Shown piece after piece: positions 37,190-47,162 of a DNA stretch of 64,000 nucleotides (position 1 is the stretch's first letter; every line of letters begins with the position of its first letter). This DNA comes from Polyangia bacterium (GTDB lineage Bacteria; Myxococcota_A; Polyangia; Nannocystales; Nannocystaceae), in contig JAUIFF010000001.1 in NCBI GenBank assembly GCA_030429545.1, positions 339,599-403,598 on the forward strand. Direction: 5' to 3'. The notes beneath the pieces were generated by a model. That model was not told where the DNA came from, searched no databases, and saw only the letters and a list, made by a program, of their open reading frames with translations. Both the position numbers and the translations under genes were made by a program.

Positions 37190-38335
37190 ATGGTTGCCCG
37201 GATACGTAGTGTGGTTGTCATCGTTGCCGCTACCGCCTGTTCGCCCACAACAGGCGACACCGCAGCCGAGTCCGACTCGGATGCGACAACTACCACCGCG
37301 GGAACTTCAGATGACTCGACCAATCCACCAGGTCCTCCGCCCGACGAGGGGCCCGAAGCAGGGAACCCGGATGGCGATTGCCCAGTTCCAGACGATGCCA
37401 GCGAGGCGGATATCTCAAATCCCACCACCGTGGTAGGTGACGGGACGCCGGAGTCCTGCACCGGCGACGAGGTGATAGCAGCGGTTGCCGGAGGTGGGGT
37501 TATCACCTTCGACTGTGGTCCCGATCCGATCACGATCACGCTCGACCGTCCGGCCAAGGTCTTCAACGACACGACGCCCGAAATTGTCATCGACGGCGGG
37601 GGTCTTGTGACGCTCAGCGGCGGTGGTACGACACGAATCTTGTACATGAACACCTGCGATCCGGACCAGGTGTGGACCACCCCGGAGTGCAACAATCAAG
37701 ACCATCCGCGGCTGACCGTGCAAAACCTGACATTTGCCAATGGCAACTCCAAGCAGGAGACAGAGTACGATGGTGGCGGTGCAATCTTTGTCCGCGGTGG
37801 ACGGTTTAAAATTGTCAACTCTCGGTTTTTTAACAATGTGTGTGCCGACGTCGGTCCTGATGTTGGCGGCGCTGCAGTCCGGGTATTCGACCAATACCAG
37901 GACCTGCCGGTTTATGTGGTCAACTCGACGTTTGGTGGCGAGGATGGCTACGGCAATCGTTGTTCGAACGGGGGTGGTATCAGCAGTATTGGTGTGTCGT
38001 GGACGATTATCAACAGCTTGTTTAGCCACAATACAGCGGTTGGAAACGGTGGGAACCCGGCGCAGGATGGCACCCCTGGCGGTGGCAGTGGCGGTGCGAT
38101 TTACAACGACGGCAATACCATGACGCTGTCGCTGTGTGGCACGCGGATCGAACACAACGAAGTGACGACCCACGGGAGTGCGATTTTCTTTGTCAGCAAC
38201 GATCACTCCGGGGATATTCGGATCGACCAGTCTATCATTACCAACAATGTTGGCGGCAGCTGGTACCCGACCTATCCGCAAATCTCAGGACACGCGGATA
38301 CACCGATTGTCGTCACGAACTCGGTGATCGAGTAG
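37190..38335 (+). CDS. right-handed parallel beta-helix (pectin-lyase-fold) repeat lipoprotein
   Basis: ATG at 37190 (MVARIRSVVVIVAATACSP, lipobox). Acidic Thr-rich linker. Repeated ...GGGAIxxxGGxxxIxNSxFxxN... units (GGGAIFVRGGRFKIVNSRFFNN, GGAAVRVFD, GGGISSIGVSWTIINSLFSHN, GGAIYNDGNTMTLSLCGTRIEHN) characteristic of beta-helix proteins. Confidence 0.6.
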   Translation: MVARIRSVVVIVAATACSPTTGDTAAESDSDATTTTAGTSDDSTNPPGPPPDEGPEAGNPDGDCPVPDDASEADISNPTTVVGDGTPESCTGDEVIAAVAGGGVITFDCGPDPITITLDRPAKVFNDTTPEIVIDGGGLVTLSGGGTTRILYMNTCDPDQVWTTPECNNQDHPRLTVQNLTFANGNSKQETEYDGGGAIFVRGGRFKIVNSRFFNNVCADVGPDVGGAAVRVFDQYQDLPVYVVNSTFGGEDGYGNRCSNGGGISSIGVSWTIINSLFSHNTAVGNGGNPAQDGTPGGGSGGAIYNDGNTMTLSLCGTRIEHNEVTTHGSAIFFVSNDHSGDIRIDQSIITNNVGGSWYPTYPQISGHADTPIVVTNSVIE

Positions 38336-38344
38336 CGTCGGCGA

Positions 38345-39805
38345 CTAGTTTGGCGGGGGTGGGGGCGTCTCGTCGAAACACGTGGTGATCTCGAGGATCA
38401 TGTACAGGAGCACGAGTTCCTGTGGGCTCAGCCCATTGTGCGCGGTGCTCGAGGTTTCAAACGTGGAGTACATCATGCGGCCACAGCCGTACTGGCCACT
38501 TACAGCCATTGGCCGGGTTTGCTGGGGATTGGAGCAGCTTTGGCAGGGGCCCTCGACCCAGGTGTGATGCCCGACATTGACCTGCTCGCCCATCATGTCT
38601 TCAACCCACACATCGTTGACGATGTCGATGCCGGAGAAGTTGTCTTCGGTGGTAACTGTTGGCAACTGATAGAGGTTGGGGAAACCACCACCGATGTCCT
38701 TGAGGTTGTCGGGGAGGGCCTGCAGCCAGGCGAGCAACTCGGTGTCGACAACCGTGCCGTTTGAGGTATAGGCTGGTTGAATGTCGGGCATGCCCGGGTT
38801 GTGAAACTCCTGATAATCGGGGAACGGGCCCTCGATGTATTCGTTGGAGTGATCGGTGGCATACCACTTGCCACCGGCGGCCACGTAGGACTGGATATTG
38901 TTGATGCGTTGCGCGGCGATGCCCGGGGCACCAAACCAGTATTTGGTGGAGGCACACGGTACAAACACAATATGGTACTGGTTCATGCCCGCGAGGTCGT
39001 CCATAAAGGCCCCCTGGTCGCTGTCGCTAATCAGGGTAAACTGCTCGGTACCGGGCACCATAACACCACTACCGCTCACCTGGGCGAGCCCAAATTTGGC
39101 GAGTACGTTGTAGACCGCGTCGGGATTGGTCTGATACACGGCAATCCGCGGAATCCACATCCCCGCGGCCGGGTTCCACTCGCCCGGCAGATTACTTTGG
39201 GTTGCGGGAATCGCATTCATACCGGGGGTGATATTGAGGTTGACGACCCGCAGAAACTGCCCCTTTTGCACGACCAGTTGCAGGTTTTGCCCCGACGTTG
39301 CCGGCAGTGTAAAACTGCCATCGGCCTCGCTAAACGTGTAGGGCGTCGAACAGTCGAGCTGGACACACTCCGCACAATAGACACCGTCGGGCACGGGGTC
39401 GACCGGGTCGCTGGTGACATAGACGAGGGCGCCGCTGATCGGGAGTTCGAGGTTCGGGGCAAACACCTTGCCCTGGAGCGTGGCATCCTTGGCGGGCCCG
39501 CAGTCCCCCTCGGTATCGGTACTGCTGCCTCCCCCCGTCTCGGAATCTCCGATGTCAAACTTGATACCTGAGCCGCCATTGGTCGTCTGCATGCCACTGG
39601 TGGAGGTTGTCTCGCCGCCCGTCGACCCCGAACCGTCGCTCGATTCGGTTGGGCTGCCACTTGTTTGCCCCTGAGTACCCGAGAGCGTCACGCTGGGCTC
39701 GATGCCGGAGCCGACGCCTTGACTGTCACGCGTGTCTTCAGCACCGCCGCCACAACCGATGAGCAGCACCCCCAAAAATCCAGTGAACAAGCAAGTACGC
39801 GACAT
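38345..39805 (-). CDS. hypothetical lipoprotein with carboxypeptidase-regulatory-like beta-sandwich domain and a large unknown C-terminal domain
   Basis: ATG at 39805 verified (MSRTCLFTGFLGVLLIGCGG, lipobox). Gly/Ser/Thr linker. ...LQGKVFAPNLELPISGALVYVT...ADGSFTLP... is CarboxypepD_reg-like. The downstream roughly 300 aa are unassigned. Confidence 0.6.
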   Translation of the reverse strand: MSRTCLFTGFLGVLLIGCGGGAEDTRDSQGVGSGIEPSVTLSGTQGQTSGSPTESSDGSGSTGGETTSTSGMQTTNGGSGIKFDIGDSETGGGSSTDTEGDCGPAKDATLQGKVFAPNLELPISGALVYVTSDPVDPVPDGVYCAECVQLDCSTPYTFSEADGSFTLPATSGQNLQLVVQKGQFLRVVNLNITPGMNAIPATQSNLPGEWNPAAGMWIPRIAVYQTNPDAVYNVLAKFGLAQVSGSGVMVPGTEQFTLISDSDQGAFMDDLAGMNQYHIVFVPCASTKYWFGAPGIAAQRINNIQSYVAAGGKWYATDHSNEYIEGPFPDYQEFHNPGMPDIQPAYTSNGTVVDTELLAWLQALPDNLKDIGGGFPNLYQLPTVTTEDNFSGIDIVNDVWVEDMMGEQVNVGHHTWVEGPCQSCSNPQQTRPMAVSGQYGCGRMMYSTFETSSTAHNGLSPQELVLLYMILEITTCFDETPPPPPN

Positions 39806-40040
39806 GCCCCGACCGTACCGCGGTGGCAAAGACCCCCGCAAGCGCACAGATGCGGTTGCTGACACAACAAAAACCGTGTTGCCGTAAACTGTGTGGCTGT
39901 ACAAGGAGTTGGACGGGGTCTGTGAGCCGGCAACGCAGCTGTCCTATCGAGATCTCAGCCATTGGCGTGATAACGCACTGCTTAATTTCGCACGCCACGC
40001 CTAGCAGTTTGATCGCGCCGCGGGAAAAGATGCTTGTACA

Positions 40041-40406
40041 CTATTTTTTTGGCGGTGTCGGATGCGACATGAACCATCCGACGACGCTCGCCACACCGGC
40101 CGGCACACCCAGGCCGAGGGCAAACCACAGCGGGACCATGGCAATTTGCGTGCCCCGCTCGATCACAGCTTCCCGCATCTCCGGGGAGACCGAGGCGAGT
40201 GCTGCCTCGACGTCGACCATCCCGGTTTTGTAGCCGACAAACCCGTGCAACAAACAAAAGAGTGTACATGCAATCGAGGCGTAGGCGATCCCACGTGACC
40301 GCATCGCCGCCGCGACGATGCCGGTGACGAGCCCGCTGAGCCCAAGCAGAAAAATGGGGTGCATCCACATACCCCCGTTCTGATAAAACTCGGCGAAATC
40401 CGACAC
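40041..40406 (-). CDS. small integral membrane protein (3-4 TM), unknown function
   Basis: Hydrophobic segments PIFLLGLSGLVTGIVAAA, IACTLFCLLHGFVGY, IAMVPLWFALGLGVPAGVASVVGWF. Co-oriented with and just upstream of the ABC1-kinase gene. Confidence 0.4.
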   Translation of the reverse strand: MSDFAEFYQNGGMWMHPIFLLGLSGLVTGIVAAAMRSRGIAYASIACTLFCLLHGFVGYKTGMVDVEAALASVSPEMREAVIERGTQIAMVPLWFALGLGVPAGVASVVGWFMSHPTPPKK

Positions 40407-40416
40407 TGGCTGGAGT

Positions 40417-41733
40417 TTACTCTAAAAACTCCCGCTCGACCTGGGCGTAGTCGACCTCGCAGTTTAGGCGGGCAAGCACCGAATAGAAGCCAAACTGCAA
40501 CCGGTTCATAAAAAACACACCCTCGGGAAACGGGACAAAGTTGTCGTCGCGATCGCGCAGGGTCGAACCGGCGATGTTGCGCACCTCGTGGACCAGGGCG
40601 GTGACATAGGGCCGAGTGATCCGATAGGGCGAGGCAAATTGTGGCATGAATGCGTTGCGCATATAGGAAAGGGCACGTTTTTCGTAGGCGCCGCCACGGG
40701 TTTCGAGCACGAGTTTGGCCGTTTCAAAAAATGTATGCTCGTCGCCGCGACAGGCCGCCAGATGCATGCGCACCGCGAGGTCCTGGCGGTGTTCGGTCAC
40801 CGGTTGAACACAGCCAAAGTCGATAAACGCAACCCCGCCATCGGCCTGAAAAAAGTAGTTCCCGGGGTGGGGATCGGCGTTGAACATCCCCCCCAAAATT
40901 GTCGCTTTGTAGACAAATCGCCACAGGGCTGCGGCCCATTGCGCGCGCAGTGCCTCGGGCTGGGTGCGGGCAGTATCGAAGTCAAAGCCCTCGACAAACT
41001 CAGTTGTCAGTACCCGGCGCCCACTGTGGCTGGGAATCACCGCGGGGATGCGGATAGCCGGATCATTGGCGTGAACGGTTGCAAATGCAAGTTGTCGCTC
41101 GGCCTCTAGGCGGTAGTCGAGCTCCTCGCGAAATCGTGTGCGAATCTCCTCGAGCATGCGCTTGGAGTCGAACTTGCGGGCACCGATCATGGCGATGGCC
41201 CCCTCGACCAGCCCCGCGTTTTTGAGGTCGTTTTCGACGGCCTGGGCAATTCCCGGGTGCTGGACCTTGACTGCAACTTCGCGGCCATCGTGCAGGCGCG
41301 CGCGGTGGACCTGGCCGATCGATGCACTTGCAATCGGTTTGGGATTCCACCACGCAAACAGCTCAGATACCGGTTTGCCGAGCTCCTCGACAAGCTGGGC
41401 TTCGATAGCTTCGGGCGGCGAGGTCGTGGTCGCGGCCAACAACTTTTTCATGTGGCGCTCATACCCGTCGCGGTGCTCCTCGGGAATCACACCATCGACA
41501 TAGCTGGCCATCTGTCCGAGTTTGGTCGCCAACCCGCGAAGGTTGCCAAGGGTGCGGGCCGCAGCAATCGCGGCGTCTTCGGAGTTGCGACCGAGCAACA
41601 GGTTGGCCCCGGAGCGCGCCCCGGTAGCTGCGAGTCGGGCGAGTCGACCGAGGCGACTACGCGGAAGTTTGCGGTCCGACATGGGGCGGAGTATCGGCGA
41701 TTCGACCCGGGTGCCAACTGTAAAAGAGCTCAC
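40417..41733 (-). CDS. ABC1/UbiB/ADCK-family atypical kinase
   Basis: [16 protein letters not shown]..., [26 protein letters not shown], and [12 protein letters not shown]...GGVAFIDFG are the hallmark ABC1 kinase motifs. Confidence 0.8.
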   Translation of the reverse strand: MSSFTVGTRVESPILRPMSDRKLPRSRLGRLARLAATGARSGANLLLGRNSEDAAIAAARTLGNLRGLATKLGQMASYVDGVIPEEHRDGYERHMKKLLAATTTSPPEAIEAQLVEELGKPVSELFAWWNPKPIASASIGQVHRARLHDGREVAVKVQHPGIAQAVENDLKNAGLVEGAIAMIGARKFDSKRMLEEIRTRFREELDYRLEAERQLAFATVHANDPAIRIPAVIPSHSGRRVLTTEFVEGFDFDTARTQPEALRAQWAAALWRFVYKATILGGMFNADPHPGNYFFQADGGVAFIDFGCVQPVTEHRQDLAVRMHLAACRGDEHTFFETAKLVLETRGGAYEKRALSYMRNAFMPQFASPYRITRPYVTALVHEVRNIAGSTLRDRDDNFVPFPEGVFFMNRLQFGFYSVLARLNCEVDYAQVEREFLE

Positions 41734-42074
41734 ATCGGGAAAAATCGAACGATGTACGGCGGGCCCGGGTTGCTGCCCTATCTCCTACAAATTTGCGATG
41801 CGTAGGGTTTTTGGATGGTTTTGGCTTGGTAACTCACAGTGGCTGGTAGTCGCGAGTTGCAGAAAGCTTCCGAAGTGGTCACTCACGTGACCCCGTCAGT
41901 GCTCGGTACGGCTCTTGACTCGCAACGCCGGTGGAAGCCAAGCCGGTGCTAGTGGGGCTCGGACAGACTTGCCGTCGCGCGCACACCTGTACATCGGTCG
42001 GGAGCAGGTCACGAGCGCCGGCGGAGGTCGAATCGGTGTACTTGCATGTGTTATCGCTAGTACGGGCGAAATCT

Positions 42075-42938
42075 ATGACCGACTTCTTTGCCTTCCATCA
42101 GGTCCTACTCCAATTAGCCAGCCTTGTAGCATCTTTCCTGCTCAGGGATGATATTTGCTATCCTTGGGGAGTGAAGATACGACCAGAGCTTCTCCTTGTG
42201 TGCTGTCTGGGAGGTTGTCCGTCCAAGGGCTCGGTCACGACGTCGTTGACAATCTCAGACACAGGCAGTTCTTCGACGAGCTCTTCGACAAGCACCAGCT
42301 CGTCTGGGGGGAGCGACACTGCTTCGGAACCGTCGTTGACAATGGGGAGTGGCACCGCCTCGACCTCCACCACACTCGGTGAGACCACGGCGGGAGACGG
42401 TGTATGTCCAGAGTGTTCTGATTGCTCGGATCAAGAGACCTGCGTAGCTCGATGCAAAACGGGTCAAAACCCGGCAGACCGTGAGTGCTATGTTGAGTGT
42501 ATTGAGAAAGTCCCATTTTCGAGTAAACTTGAAGCTTGTGAGTACGAAGATTCCTTATGTGGCCCAGACATGACAATAAATGGGTTTGGTGAAGATTACT
42601 TTGCATGCGGGGATGTTTTATGTAGCGATGCATGCGACATCTGCTCGGTTTGTGACTGGTATGAGTGTGAGCTTACGAACCCTTGCAAAGAGGGCTACAA
42701 CTGTAGTCCAATCCGTGTATTTAGCGAGCACGCTTATGACTGGCTGGCTTGTTTACCAAGTGGCGATCTACCGGTGGACTCGCCATGTGTGGAACATAGC
42801 GACTTTGACGAGTGTGAGTACGGTGCAGCTTGTGTTGTCGGTGTCTGCCGTTTCTTCTGTGACGAAGATGATTCATGCCCTCAAGGCTATCATTGTGAAA
42901 CTTTACAAAACTGGGTTAACTTTTGTGTTCTCGACTAG
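42075..42938 (+). CDS. cysteine-rich secreted lipoprotein, paralog A (lower-GC islet)
   Basis: ATG at 42075. An in-frame GTG at 42171 gives a better lipoprotein signal (V)KIRPELLLVCCLGGC. Ser/Thr-rich linker, then a roughly 190-aa domain with about 28 Cys. This domain is collinear with the gene at 43119..43883 (for example ...LEACEYEDSLCGPDMTINGF...CGDVLCSDACDICSVCDWYEC...CPQGYHCETLQNWVNFC). Local GC is about 50%. Confidence 0.55.
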   Translation: MTDFFAFHQVLLQLASLVASFLLRDDICYPWGVKIRPELLLVCCLGGCPSKGSVTTSLTISDTGSSSTSSSTSTSSSGGSDTASEPSLTMGSGTASTSTTLGETTAGDGVCPECSDCSDQETCVARCKTGQNPADRECYVECIEKVPFSSKLEACEYEDSLCGPDMTINGFGEDYFACGDVLCSDACDICSVCDWYECELTNPCKEGYNCSPIRVFSEHAYDWLACLPSGDLPVDSPCVEHSDFDECEYGAACVVGVCRFFCDEDDSCPQGYHCETLQNWVNFCVLD

Positions 42939-42959
42939 AATGCGCCTGGCTTTTGTGGC

Positions 42960-43045
42960 ACCTCGGCGACGACCCATCAGTTGAGGAGCGCAGCTGTCTG
43001 CTCACCGTGACTCCGGAGGTACATTGCGAGTCCCGCGGAGCATCG
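42960..43045. repeat. dispersed repeat copy R1 (core tcaccgtgaNtNcgNagNtNcattgcgaNt)
   Basis: ...acccatcagttgaggagc...gtctgctcaccgtgactccggaggtacattgcgagtcccgcgga..., with two related copies 1.1 kb away (R2, R3). Confidence 0.45.
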
Positions 43046-43118
43046 AGTGGAGCTGCCATAAATCTCTCGCGGTCGGTACAACTTCGACGAAGCAGGTGGT
43101 GTTGATAGCCTTTGCATG

Positions 43119-43883
43119 TTAGCTCGGATAGCAGTACCCAACCCAATTCTGTATGTACATACAGTGAAATCCCTGAGGGCACGAGTCTTGCTTACCACAC
43201 GGAGTGCGGCAAGTTTCAAACACGCAAGCAGCTCCATATACACACTCATCATAGTCGTTGTGATGAGTGCAGGGCGAGCCTACGGGGGAGTCGCCGCTTG
43301 GAAGACAAACCCGCCAGTCATAAAAGATGTCATTACCAAAAACAAGAATTGGGCTACAATTGTAGCCCAGTTCGCATGGAGAATTGACGGAGCACTCATG
43401 CCAGTCGCAGGATGAGCATATATCACACGATTTGCTACATAACACATCGCCACAAGCACGACTAGTGCTATCCTTCCGGAATCCCACTATCCCCATGTCG
43501 GGGCCACAAAGGTATTCATCAAAGTTGCAAGCCTCAAGCTCCGTCGAAAATGGAGCATCTCCCTTAGGGAGACAAACGGTGCCGCACACACCTTCATAGA
43601 TGTTGATTGTACACCTTGCAATACATATTTCGTCATCAGAGCAAGTAGAACACTGTGGGCAATCGAGGTCCCCACCCGTAGCTGTCTCAGTGTCAATGTC
43701 TGTCGTCGATTCTGACTCTGAGCTATTCCCTAGCGAGGTTTCATCCGTTGTCGATGAACCAGTAGTTGTCGAAACTGATGTTGTCCCGCCATCTGTATTG
43801 GAACTTGAGTTTTCGACCGAGCTGCAACCGACCAAGTAGAAGATCGCAATAAATAGTGCGGGAGATACCTTCACATTGCTCAT
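43119..43883 (-). CDS. cysteine-rich secreted lipoprotein, paralog B (convergent with paralog A)
   Basis: ATG at 43883 verified (MSNVKVSPALFIAIFYLVGCSS, lipobox LVGC). Ser/Thr/Glu linker. Cys-rich domain collinear with paralog A (...LEACNFDEYLCGPDMGIVGF...CGDVLCSKSCDICSSCDWHEC...CPQGFHCMYIQNWVGYC). Confidence 0.6.
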   Translation of the reverse strand: MSNVKVSPALFIAIFYLVGCSSVENSSSNTDGGTTSVSTTTGSSTTDETSLGNSSESESTTDIDTETATGGDLDCPQCSTCSDDEICIARCTINIYEGVCGTVCLPKGDAPFSTELEACNFDEYLCGPDMGIVGFRKDSTSRACGDVLCSKSCDICSSCDWHECSVNSPCELGYNCSPILVFGNDIFYDWRVCLPSGDSPVGSPCTHHNDYDECVYGAACVFETCRTPCGKQDSCPQGFHCMYIQNWVGYCYPS

Positions 43884-44077
43884 GATAGCATCATTCAGGG
43901 GGGCTTCACTCGCGAGCAATTTCGACTGTTTTGTGAGCAAGCTTGAAGCACACGAGCCCGTGTTCGTTTGTAGCCACCGCGCAATACCATCGCCACGGTG
44001 TATGCTGAGTCTATGAACTGCACGGCCGCTGACCCTAGCCAGCGGCCGGCTTGCTCACCGCGACACATCAGCCGACA

Positions 44078-44150
44078 AGGTCGGCCGTCTGCTCCTCACC
44101 GTGAATCCGCAGATACATTGCGAGTGCCTCGCGGATTATCATAGCTATGT
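44078..44150. repeat. dispersed repeat copy R2
   Basis: ...gtctgctcctcaccgtgaatccgcagatacattgcgagtgcctcgcggattatca... is about 85% identical to R1 over roughly 55 bp. Confidence 0.45.
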
Positions 44151-44197
44151 CAAGGGTTGGCGATCTACGCCGCGCCTACCCACCGGTCCGTTTGCTC

Positions 44198-44290
44198 GTC
44201 TCGAACCCATCAGTCGAGGAGCTCCTGAGTTTCACCGTGACTGCGCAGGTGCATTGCGAAATCCTCGTCGATCATCGCCATCCGCTTCTC
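44198..44290. repeat. dispersed repeat copy R3
   Basis: ...acccatcagtcgaggagctcctgagtttcaccgtgactgcgcaggtgcattgcgaaatcctcgtcgatcatcg... shares both the acccatcagtYgaggagc head and the tcaccgtga...cattgcga core with R1. Confidence 0.45.
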
Positions 44291-44436
44291 TCCGTCCCGC
44301 CGCCAGGCCTCGTCGGTCGACGATTGTGGATCGTACTTGTTTGATGACAGAGGTGCGAAGGGAGAAAAGAAGCAAAAATAAGGTTCCGGACGTTGTCACG
44401 GATCAAAGTTCCCACTCCGAGTGCTATACAAGCGAC

Positions 44437-45552
44437 ATGCGCTCACTTGCCGCCGTGATGCTCCTTGTGTCGTGCGCACCGGATTCCTCGATCGGGACCA
44501 CGACGACAACGACGTTCACGCCCACTACCAGTGGTGACGTGCCGGAGCCCACGTTGGTGACATCCACTGGAAGCGTTGACACCGTTGACACAACCGGGAC
44601 AGGCACAACATCGACAACCGGCTCGACGTCGGGACAGCACCCGACGACAACCGGAGTCTTGCCTGACTTCGGCCCCGACGGCCCTGACTGCGGCGGCAAG
44701 ATCGATATCCTGTTTGCGTTCGATACCGCCGGACAACTAGAGGAGCACTACCCGAAACTCGAGTTCGCGCTGCAGGAGACGTTGCCAACCTTCATCGAGT
44801 GGTTCGCCAACTTTGACACGCACTGGCTCGTCGCCAACACCCGGGGTGGGTGGGGGATCGCGGGCTGTGAGGACGAGTGCGCCGCGAATGATGGCGTCAT
44901 GTGCTGGCCCGTGGGGCCGCCGGCCTATCCATGTAAGGCCTACGACGGGGAGCTTTCGGAGTGCGACACAACTTTTGCCGCAGGCGTCACCTATCCCGCC
45001 GGTTTCGACGCGGCCAATAAGCGTTGCATCCTCGGGTCAGGGCAACGGTATGCGACCTCGGAAGATGCCGAGGACCTGTTGGCCGAGCTCGAGTGCATCA
45101 CGCAGACCGGATGGACGGATGTTGGTGGCCTAATTGCTGAGAAAGCAATGGTCGACGCCGTGCGACCGACAATGGCGAAAGTTCCTGGCGGCTGTAACCT
45201 CGGTTTTTTGCGGGACGAGGCATTGCTCGTTGTGATCTACTTTTCGGCTTACGGCGGGGTTTACGCCCCGAGCGGGCCTCCAGAGGAGTGGGCCGAGGTG
45301 TTTCTAGATGCCAAGGGAGGCGACCCCGACAAAATCGTTGTGCTCGGGATCTCGCCTGACACCACGGAGCCAGACCCCGTATGCGAGAAGAATAACCTCA
45401 AGGACGATTACTGGGCGTACAACGAACAATTCTTGCATTTCATCATGAAGCACGCGATCCACGGTAGCCGCTGTGCCGAGGATTACAGACCGTTTTTAAT
45501 GGATGTCCTCACCCTGTCGCTTGCGCTGTGTGGGGAGGACCCGCCGACATAA
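44437..45552 (+). CDS. hypothetical lipoprotein with Thr-rich linker (possible degenerate vWA-like start ...IDILFAFDTAGQ...)
   Basis: ATG at 44437 verified (MRSLAAVMLLVSCAPD, lipobox). Thr/Gly-rich linker, then a roughly 290-aa globular domain with several Cys pairs. The vWA resemblance is weak. Confidence 0.55.
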   Translation: MRSLAAVMLLVSCAPDSSIGTTTTTTFTPTTSGDVPEPTLVTSTGSVDTVDTTGTGTTSTTGSTSGQHPTTTGVLPDFGPDGPDCGGKIDILFAFDTAGQLEEHYPKLEFALQETLPTFIEWFANFDTHWLVANTRGGWGIAGCEDECAANDGVMCWPVGPPAYPCKAYDGELSECDTTFAAGVTYPAGFDAANKRCILGSGQRYATSEDAEDLLAELECITQTGWTDVGGLIAEKAMVDAVRPTMAKVPGGCNLGFLRDEALLVVIYFSAYGGVYAPSGPPEEWAEVFLDAKGGDPDKIVVLGISPDTTEPDPVCEKNNLKDDYWAYNEQFLHFIMKHAIHGSRCAEDYRPFLMDVLTLSLALCGEDPPT

Positions 45553-45565
45553 AAACGGGCCGGAA

Positions 45566-47086
45566 CTATGGGTGAATGGCGACTACAAACGCACGCGTGT
45601 GGCCACCAACTTCGACACGCCCGGTCGCGTAGAAGTTGCCAAATCGGTCCGACGCCAACGCGGTCAAACTTCCGACTTCGGGCGACTGGAATAACCAGCT
45701 GTCTCGGAACACCGCCGGTCGTCCCCCGAGGCTCCCAACCGCGTGCCCGTGTCCGGCCGCAACCACCTCGCCCTCGAATTCGACAGACGTGTAGTAGCTG
45801 AGGTCTGGCTTATGGGTGGAGCGGAAGCTTGTTTCGTCCGTCCCCCCCCACGCGATAAACTTGTCCCCAGCGAAACCTCCACCGACATACTCGCTGTCAC
45901 CACCTGTGTTGGGGCGGGGAACGGTAGATAGTGCTCCCGACGAGAACGAAAACAGGCGGGGGTGCTTGATAAACTCTAGCATGCCGATTTCCTCGCGCAC
46001 GTACCCTGCACACACAACACTTTGCCCGCGCACGGACACACTGCGGATCGAAGAGTCGAGAAAAATCCCGTCAGAGTTCTCCACACTCAACGTGTCGGAA
46101 AAAACCGTCCCACCCGACTCGGTGAGCTGCCACGCCGTGGCGTCGAAACCATCGCCTCCGATCGCTTCCCCCACCACAATGACGTCCTCGCCAAACGCCG
46201 CGGCTCCGTGGAGCATCGTGTCCGGAAAGTTGCGCACCCAGTACCGTACCCAACTCCCATGGAGTTCGCGGTACAGCCGGACCTCCGCGTCTTCGCCGAC
46301 AGAACCGACGAGCACGAGGCTCCCGTCGGACAGCATCGTCGCCGATGTGACATCGAGCGGCTCGTCCTCGGCGAACGCTCGCTCGAACACTGAGCCCAAC
46401 GGTGACACCTCCGAGAGCGTGACGAAATCGCCGGCGTTGCCCACCAGGAACATGCGATCGTAGAAGCCAGGCTGCCCAGGCTCGACCACGACAGCCTTGC
46501 CTGTGGTCCCGGGCGCGCCCACCCAGGTGTAGTTCAACGACCCAGAAGCCGGTAGGTCGACGACCACTGTTGTGGCCGCCATCAGCGGGGCGCCTGAGCC
46601 TGTCTGTGCAAGTACACGAAACTCCTTGGTCCCATTGTCGTCCGGTTGATCGACGATGTACTCGAGTGAATCCTGCCCCAAGGGCCATGTGATCTTTTCG
46701 ACAGGTCCGTTGCTATCGAGATTTGAGACAAACAGGTCGAGCGACTCCAGCGAGTCAATCGAGTCTGTTTCGACGGTTAGGAGCACGCTCCCTGCCTGTG
46801 TGAGTGAATCGACGTTGACGCTCAGGTAAAGCTCGCCCTGGTCGTGCACTCCAGTTTCCGATGCCTGGTCCGTCGGGTCGGTGGTTTCTGGCGACCCGGT
46901 GGTCCCGGGCGGGAAGTCGTGGGAGTCCTCGAAGTCCGTGGTCGACCACCCCGTCGTGTCGTCACCGGTGTAGCCATTGTTGTGTTGGTGAATCTGATTG
47001 AGTATCGAATCGTGATCGCCGCACGACGCACTGAGAAGAACGGCCAAGCAGGTGAGGCGAGCGGGCACGGATCTATTATCGCACAT
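45566..47086 (-). CDS. hypothetical lipoprotein (large beta-rich extracellular protein)
   Basis: MCDNRSVPARLTCLAVLLSASCGD has a lipobox. Acidic Thr/Asp linker. Long beta-strand-like repeats. The antisense ORF 46071..46688 was rejected. Confidence 0.55.
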   Translation of the reverse strand: MCDNRSVPARLTCLAVLLSASCGDHDSILNQIHQHNNGYTGDDTTGWSTTDFEDSHDFPPGTTGSPETTDPTDQASETGVHDQGELYLSVNVDSLTQAGSVLLTVETDSIDSLESLDLFVSNLDSNGPVEKITWPLGQDSLEYIVDQPDDNGTKEFRVLAQTGSGAPLMAATTVVVDLPASGSLNYTWVGAPGTTGKAVVVEPGQPGFYDRMFLVGNAGDFVTLSEVSPLGSVFERAFAEDEPLDVTSATMLSDGSLVLVGSVGEDAEVRLYRELHGSWVRYWVRNFPDTMLHGAAAFGEDVIVVGEAIGGDGFDATAWQLTESGGTVFSDTLSVENSDGIFLDSSIRSVSVRGQSVVCAGYVREEIGMLEFIKHPRLFSFSSGALSTVPRPNTGGDSEYVGGGFAGDKFIAWGGTDETSFRSTHKPDLSYYTSVEFEGEVVAAGHGHAVGSLGGRPAVFRDSWLFQSPEVGSLTALASDRFGNFYATGRVEVGGHTRAFVVAIHP

Positions 47087-47162
47087 CCGCGGTCAAAAAC
47101 GAACCCCGCGGCCTGCGCAACAGGAAATCTGTGACGAGCTCCGTTTACTTTATACGGGCGAT

